DNA from: Takakia lepidozioides
Lineage: Eukaryota; Plantae; Bryophyta
Direction: 5' to 3'
DNA: 64,000 nt
NCBI GenBank assembly: GCA_030704615.1
Contig: CM060733.1
Span: 33,852,001-33,916,000, forward strand
Part shown: piece after piece, positions 63,401 through 64,000 of the stretch
Layout: every line of letters starts with the position of its first letter
Numbering within the stretch: position 1 is the first letter of the stretch
Notes under the pieces: generated by a model
What the model was told of the DNA's origin: nothing
Database searches by the model: none
Seen by the model: the letters and a program-made list of their open reading frames with translations, nothing else
Made by a program: the position numbers and the translations under genes

Positions 63401-64000
63401 TCCTCACCTAGTCCCATCACAAGCCCCCACAAAAACCAACAGGTTAGTGAGGATTGTGGAACCCCGGGTGAATCACAGACCCTCACACTTGTCATCGATG
63501 TCAACTAAGAAACTCAAAAGCAAGAGAAAGAGATAAGAACATGAGAATCCATCAACTCCAAAGGCACCTTAAGCAATTGGGGAAGAGGGTTATGCGCCAT
63601 CACCACCCGCAGCAAGCCGCCTCCACAAAGCACATAAGCAATGAAGCAAAGCAGGCACAATCGCAAGGCACTAGAAAGGAGGGAGAGAACTTCCCATCAT
63701 AAGTATCCTTGCTACGCACAGAAAAAGCCAGAGGAGAGAAGATGCCACTGCATTCAAAGCGGTGTTTCCCGCTGCAAGAGAGACAAGGCGCCGCCTTCGC
63801 GTCCCTCCAAGCGCTCGTCCAGCATGGGTACGACACCACAAACGGGGCAACCACCGAAGCACGTCCGCCATAACACTCTCCTCGTGAGCTCAGAAGCACA
63901 TCACGTGCTTCTGACAGCGGGAGAGACGACATAGGGTTGTCCCCCGATTATTCATCCGTGGATGAAAAATAGTAGGACGAATCCATATACCCTGACGGAT
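60235..64000. repeat. Diverged ~2.1-kb tandem unit, two copies
   Basis: GACATGGACAAGACC..ACAGGGCACCATCTAACA..GGGTGGGAGGG at ~60255 and ~62345. CCTCACCT..GTTAGTGAGGAT at ~61253 and ~63402. CATCC/GGATG clusters at 61795-62030 and from 63950. Confidence 0.65.

Overview
Eukaryotic streptophyte genomic DNA, most likely an early-diverging land plant (inferred from gene content, spliceosomal introns and a U12 intron). Positions 1-21.5 kb are a nest of retroelements. An L1-like LINE is interrupted by a Ty3/gypsy-type element (E2, minus strand), which is itself split inside its methyltransferase domain by an 11.2-kb related element (E1, plus strand, 5937-17136, TGTC...GACA ends, CCCC target-site duplication). 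This family has an unusual order: gag (two zinc knuckles) - protease - DNMT3-like C5 cytosine methyltransferase - UAG CAA CCA (a stop shared by both copies in a readthrough-type context) - RT - RNase H - integrase - C-terminal PHD finger. No matching LTR pair is visible, and E1 carries intronless host gene pieces (MDAR, RPP1) and an orphan 249-aa ORF at its 5' end. Positions 22-52 kb are ordinary host genes: an At1g73970-like protein, mitochondrial EF-Tu, VDR, a BPG2-like GTPase, a DnaJ-zinc-finger/TIGR02450 protein and an ankyrin-repeat (ILK-like) kinase, plus a tRNA-derived SINE. Positions 52-64 kb are a second repeat cluster with LINEs, CACTA-like termini and a diverged ~2.1-kb tandem unit. 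Family assignments come from motif recognition only; no database search was possible, and exon and element limits are hand-estimated.
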